Shown here: positions 60,356 through 64,000 of the stretch, one piece after another | Layout of the letters: each line of letters opens with the position of its first letter | How positions within the stretch are numbered: position 1 is the stretch's first letter | Source of the DNA: Macrostomum lignano | Taxonomy: Eukaryota | Assembly (NCBI GenBank): GCA_002269645.1 | Contig: NIVC01001126.1 | Coordinates: forward strand, 248,001-312,000 | Direction of reading: 5' to 3' | DNA: 64,000 nucleotides | Translations under genes and position numbers: made by a program | The notes under the pieces: model-generated | Told to the model about the DNA's origin: nothing | Database searches by the model: none | The model's input: only the letters and a program-made list of their open reading frames with translations

Positions 60356-61339
60356 TCAATTCTTTCCGTGGGCCTTCTTCTCCTGCTGGAGCTCACGCAG
60401 ATCCCTTAGTGGCCGTCTGCGGCGGCGTAGCGGTCGCATTGCCGCCACAGGTGCTTCCGGCGGAGTCTCGGGCATGTCAATCGCCCAGAACTGACGTGGA
60501 TCCGCAATGGGTTTCGGTTGGTTCGACCGGTGTTTGCCGGCCTGCTGCAGTCGTCTTTGGCGGCTTTCTGGAGACAGGTTAGAATACCACGACTCGCAGT
60601 CCGGACAGCAGTGCGCCTGCAATTCTAGCCTGTCGGCTTTGCGCCTGCATGGGAAGACGCACGCCGGTCTCGAAGTCCTCTCCGGCAACAGGTTGTAATC
60701 AGCGCGGATTTGAGAAGACGACATGCCGGCATACAGGCCTGCAAAGAGACTGACCCGGCGGCTGGGTTCCGGTGCCGGCTCTGCGGCGGGTGGTACGTGG
60801 TACATGTCAGGGCCCTGCGTCTCAAAACCCTCCTCGTCGTCGTAGTTGAACCTGTCGACTGCCTCGGGTTCCGGTGCCGGCTCTGCGGCGGGTGGTACGT
60901 GGTACATGTCAGGGCCCTGCGTCTCAGAACCCTCCTCGTCGTCGTAGTTGAACCTGTCGACTGCCTCGGGTTCCGGTGCCGGCTCTGCGGCGGGTGGTAC
61001 GTGGTACATGTCAGGGCCCTGCGTCTCAGAACCCTCCTCGTCGTCGTAGTTGAACCTGTCGACTGCCTCATCGGCGGGTTCCTCATTCGATGCCGCCACG
61101 GGTTTCGCTAGCACAAGTGGAGTCGAATCGAAAGGCCACATCGACTGCAACACTTGCGTACTAGGAATGTCATCTAATGCGACGATGGCCCTATGCGCCC
61201 GCACCATGGACCCCGTGTTAAAAACTGGCGACGTGGGACGTGAACGGCCGAGTCGAAGGAGCTCAGAACGGAGCAAACGGTTCTCCTCTGTGAGGGCGCG
61301 GCAGATGGGACAGCTGGCTGCGTGTGACCAGTGGTCCAT
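60356..61339 (-). CDS. RBBP8: Intronless CtIP/Sae2/Ctp1-like protein (327 aa) inside the CACTA element
   Basis: The C-terminal block RRKADRLELQAHCCPDCESWYSNLSPESRQRRLQQAGKHR...DPRQFWAIDMPETP aligns almost without gaps to recalled human CtIP [40 protein letters not shown]...TPENFWEVGFPSTQ. There is an N-terminal CxxC plus short coiled coil (CPICRALTEENRLLRSELLRL) and a basic C-tail. This is a homologue; orthology to the host gene is not established. Confidence 0.85.
   Translation of the reverse strand: MDHWSHAASCPICRALTEENRLLRSELLRLGRSRPTSPVFNTGSMVRAHRAIVALDDIPSTQVLQSMWPFDSTPLVLAKPVAASNEEPADEAVDRFNYDDEEGSETQGPDMYHVPPAAEPAPEPEAVDRFNYDDEEGSETQGPDMYHVPPAAEPAPEPEAVDRFNYDDEEGFETQGPDMYHVPPAAEPAPEPSRRVSLFAGLYAGMSSSQIRADYNLLPERTSRPACVFPCRRKADRLELQAHCCPDCESWYSNLSPESRQRRLQQAGKHRSNQPKPIADPRQFWAIDMPETPPEAPVAAMRPLRRRRRPLRDLRELQQEKKAHGKN
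60765..61070 (-). repeat. Three in-frame 102-bp (34-aa) tandem repeats inside the CtIP-like ORF
   Basis: CGTAGTTGAACC at 60841, 60943 and 61045. Peptide EAVDRFNYDDEEG(S/F)ETQGPDMYHVPPAAEPAPEP. Confidence 0.95.
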
Positions 61340-61940
61340 CGCTGTAAAATTGGGGTAATCGTTATGGCGCTGAAGCGCGTTACCGTTCGAAATTCACAGC
61401 TATTCAACATACTGTGTATACAGCATACTATACTGTACTACAACTAATAGAGGTGCTGGAACTAGTCGTACAGTAACTATAACGATACAAATACAGATCA
61501 CAGCAGAAACTGTCGCTGAGTTTGATTTCGACGTGAACGAGTATGTCCGATGACATCCTAGATGCTATAGTCATTGTACAAACGGAAGCAGAAGACAACA
61601 GAAAGTCAATGTGTTTTAACTCCTTTAGTTTTCGTCTCGTTTATTTCAATACCTACCTTAATTATATACCTTAGTGTTACATAGAACGGAAGAATTGAAA
61701 CTATAACTTTCATTTTTTAGGCGAAGAAACACATCATCACATTGTCTTAACTTCGAGCAATGAAGACATAACAAACGCTTGTACTGCTGTTCTCGTTGAG
61801 ACAGTCTGACTGGAGCAAAATAGGTGTACATTTTTGGGTGGGCGTGACAGGAATTGGATATGTATTGTTTAGCCTCGGACCACTTAGTCATCTTAGCCAG
61901 TAGTTAGCGACAAAACAAAGCACCGAAGCATCCGAGTGGA

Positions 61941-64000
61941 TCAATGATATGACAACTGTGGGTGAGGCAACAGTGCGATGTGGCTCTCGGAAAGGACACA
62001 CGAACCGATGACATCCTCAAGCGGTAGTAGTAGCGGATCTCCGTAGTCCGCCAAATCGCCGAATGGATCGGCTGCAAGCCGCCGCACGTGAGCGCAACGG
62101 CAGCCACGCCTAGCGGAATTGCCACGTACAGCACATAGTGCCTCTAACGGGTCCTGATCTGGTTCGCGGACCGGTAGAATTAGGACCCGAAGTGACACTT
62201 GTGCACCGGTACTACTAATGGCTTCAACTCGTGCAAAACGAAATGTCGTCGGACGAAACCCGGAAATTGCAACGAAACACGATGCTACAGTGCGGCGCAG
62301 TGGGCGGTTATCGTTTTGTCGGCTGATGAAAACTACAATGACCAGCCCTGAGGGCAGTGTCGCACTGCGCCACCCATCCAGCATGCCATGCGGTCGTCGA
62401 AGAACTATGGAGTTACGGAGAACGATTTCCGTGCGCCGATGGCTCCGTTGTCGCCTCTCCAAGCCCTCAGCACCTAGCAGACGCGCTCCAATCTGGTTGG
62501 CGGCTATCTGTCTCTCCACTGACGTAACCACGTCAGCCTCGTTGTTGCTCGAGCCATGAAGGAGCTGTTGTAATCGTTTGTGCATGGTTTCGAACAACCC
62601 AGTTGATTGATGATGTATCGGCCCACCGGAGTCTACAGCGCTCAGCATGTGGCAGCAAACTTGATGGGCGTTGTACGTAAGCGCCCGAGTGGAATATAAG
62701 CGCGGTAAATTTGCGAGGAAGCATCTGAGGGACACCTCGACGTGGTCCAGTTCGTCCTTTGGCCCACCTTCAAGTCCCATCCAAAACACAGCCGTTGATA
62801 GAACTAGTAAATGGTTGTAGTGGTCCGGCGGCAGAAAATCACCCAGAACGAGCGGAGCGAACACTAAAATCCACATTTCTAGTTCGTGTCCACGAAGATG
62901 GCGCAGGTCCTTCAGCTTCCTAACACTGTGGCGTTGCACTGATCGTGGCACGAGAATGCGATTGAGACGCTCGCCGACATCGCCAAGTCTGGGGTGCAGG
63001 TCCGGACAGTTAGTGTCTGCACGGTCTGGCTTCTCATTGCGGATTGCGAACATCTGTAGCAATATCCGACGAACGAGCCCGCCGCACAACTGGTGCAAAT
63101 AACAGGGCGGACAACCTTTTATAAAATCAAAGCCAGGCAGCCTGCTTAGAGGAGAGTGTCCGTACACACCGAGTACGTCGCGGCAAGTACCACCGCCGTT
63201 GCTCACATGTAGATCGGCAAGGTGCGAAGTGTCAGCAGCATTACGCACTGTTGTCTGTGTACAGCCTAGCATAGCAGGAGCGTTCAACATGGCGGGTGTA
63301 GCTTCGACGTGAAAAAGTCGCCCGCCGCCTTGCAAGTAACCGGTCCGCAGATAGCATTTGTCGCAGTATTTTCCGGAAAAGCGACGCATGCATAGAGCGT
63401 CCGCCCTCGCCGGGGCGTCCATCATCCCAAGGAGGGGATGGAGGCGCAGGACGCAAGTCTCGCCGTTGGCGTTGTTGTACGTTACACCTATGGTACGCAG
63501 GCTGGACAAGACGTTTACCATAACAGGCAGAAATGCGGCGGCCTTGACTTTTTGCTTGCCAGCCCACACTCCTGCGATGAAAACGTATCGCAGTTTAACT
63601 CGGTCGTGTACCTCTACGATGGAAATGTAGAATGGGCACACTTCGACGCAGCTAGTACTGAACCGAGGAAAACCATCGAAGCAGAAAACGTACGACAGAT
63701 CGGCTCGGCGCTGTACATCGATGACCTCCAGAAAGTCTCGGTACAACGAGCTGTTGTACACGTGCAAAACGTCCGGCTGCACGTCGCGGTCAGCAGGCCA
63801 AACGACGTTGTCAAGAAGTCCACCGCTCTCGATAGACTGTCGGATCTGCTGACGCACGTCGAATGCGTAAAAGTTGGCCACAGATTCTTCGCCGCAGTGT
63901 GCACAGACGTCACCATCGGAAACGTGCCGAAAACGAGTGCGACGCATGCAGCTATTGCAAACGGCGTTGCAAACCGTCGAACCAATCGCTGACTGCGCTG
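61941..64000 (-). CDS. CACTA/EnSpm DDE transposase (TnpD/Tnp2-like), open through the window edge
   Basis: The frame has no stop from about 63998 down to the stop codon at 61941-61943. It has an N-terminal Cys cluster, CFDGF (D at about 63676), GVWAGKQK, MMDAPARA (D at about 63418), FSGKYCDKC, GVYGHSPLSRLPGFDFIKG, CYLH (C/D-x2-H motif), RGHELEMW, TYNAHQ and GPIHHQSTGLFE (E at about 62590). Confidence 0.9.
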   Translation of the reverse strand, partial: AQSAIGSTVCNAVCNSCMRRTRFRHVSDGDVCAHCGEESVANFYAFDVRQQIRQSIESGGLLDNVVWPADRDVQPDVLHVYNSSLYRDFLEVIDVQRRADLSYVFCFDGFPRFSTSCVEVCPFYISIVEVHDRVKLRYVFIAGVWAGKQKVKAAAFLPVMVNVLSSLRTIGVTYNNANGETCVLRLHPLLGMMDAPARADALCMRRFSGKYCDKCYLRTGYLQGGGRLFHVEATPAMLNAPAMLGCTQTTVRNAADTSHLADLHVSNGGGTCRDVLGVYGHSPLSRLPGFDFIKGCPPCYLHQLCGGLVRRILLQMFAIRNEKPDRADTNCPDLHPRLGDVGERLNRILVPRSVQRHSVRKLKDLRHLRGHELEMWILVFAPLVLGDFLPPDHYNHLLVLSTAVFWMGLEGGPKDELDHVEVSLRCFLANLPRLYSTRALTYNAHQVCCHMLSAVDSGGPIHHQSTGLFETMHKRLQQLLHGSSNNEADVVTSVERQIAANQIGARLLGAEGLERRQRSHRRTEIVLRNSIVLRRPHGMLDGWRSATLPSGLVIVVFISRQNDNRPLRRTVASCFVAISGFRPTTFRFARVEAISSTGAQVSLRVLILPVREPDQDPLEALCAVRGNSARRGCRCAHVRRLAADPFGDLADYGDPLLLPLEDVIGSCVLSESHIALLPHPQLSYH

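Larger units (their letters stand above)
57089..64000 (-). mobile_element. CACTA/EnSpm DNA transposon, putatively autonomous; its 5' end lies beyond the window
   Basis: Sharp shift to GC- and CpG-rich DNA with three large co-oriented minus-strand genes, including an EnSpm transposase. CCGG-rich subterminal repeats lie at 57120-57440, including a 49-bp direct repeat at 57281-57378. The candidate terminus TA|CCCGCCAAAC at 57089 is inferred; the partner TIR is not visible. Confidence 0.8.

Noticed and set aside
63438-63992. 184-aa plus-strand ORF and other antisense ORFs over the transposon genes and GC-rich exons
   Set aside because: They are shadow ORFs opposite well-supported coding frames, which is expected in GC-rich DNA, and they show no recognisable motifs.

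Overview
Eukaryotic (animal) genomic DNA with GC-rich exons and introns packed with minisatellites; the style suggests a Macrostomum-like flatworm, which is inference only. Four genes lie on the minus strand: a 12-exon KCNQ potassium channel (6465-14344), SRP receptor beta (16554-17558), a 171-aa FAM107-like ORF (19287-19802) and a MEK1/2 kinase (21580 to about 32382). A roughly 15 kb intergenic zone follows, with many MITEs (several with perfect 8-bp TSDs), a MULE relic, a fold-back element and strongly CpG-depleted tracts. On the plus strand is a DDX60-like helicase with a ZZ-type zinc finger inserted in its C-terminal region. From about 57089 to the window end, antisense to and probably inside a DDX60 intron, sits a CpG-rich CACTA/EnSpm transposon. 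It encodes a DDE transposase, a spliced coiled-coil/BEN-domain protein and, between them, an intronless mini CtIP/Sae2 homologue. In that homologue an Asp replaces the Thr at the CDK site equivalent to human T847. This transposon-borne CtIP is the most striking candidate novel system. All calls were made by reading the sequence; no database searches were run, and reference protein motifs are recalled from memory.
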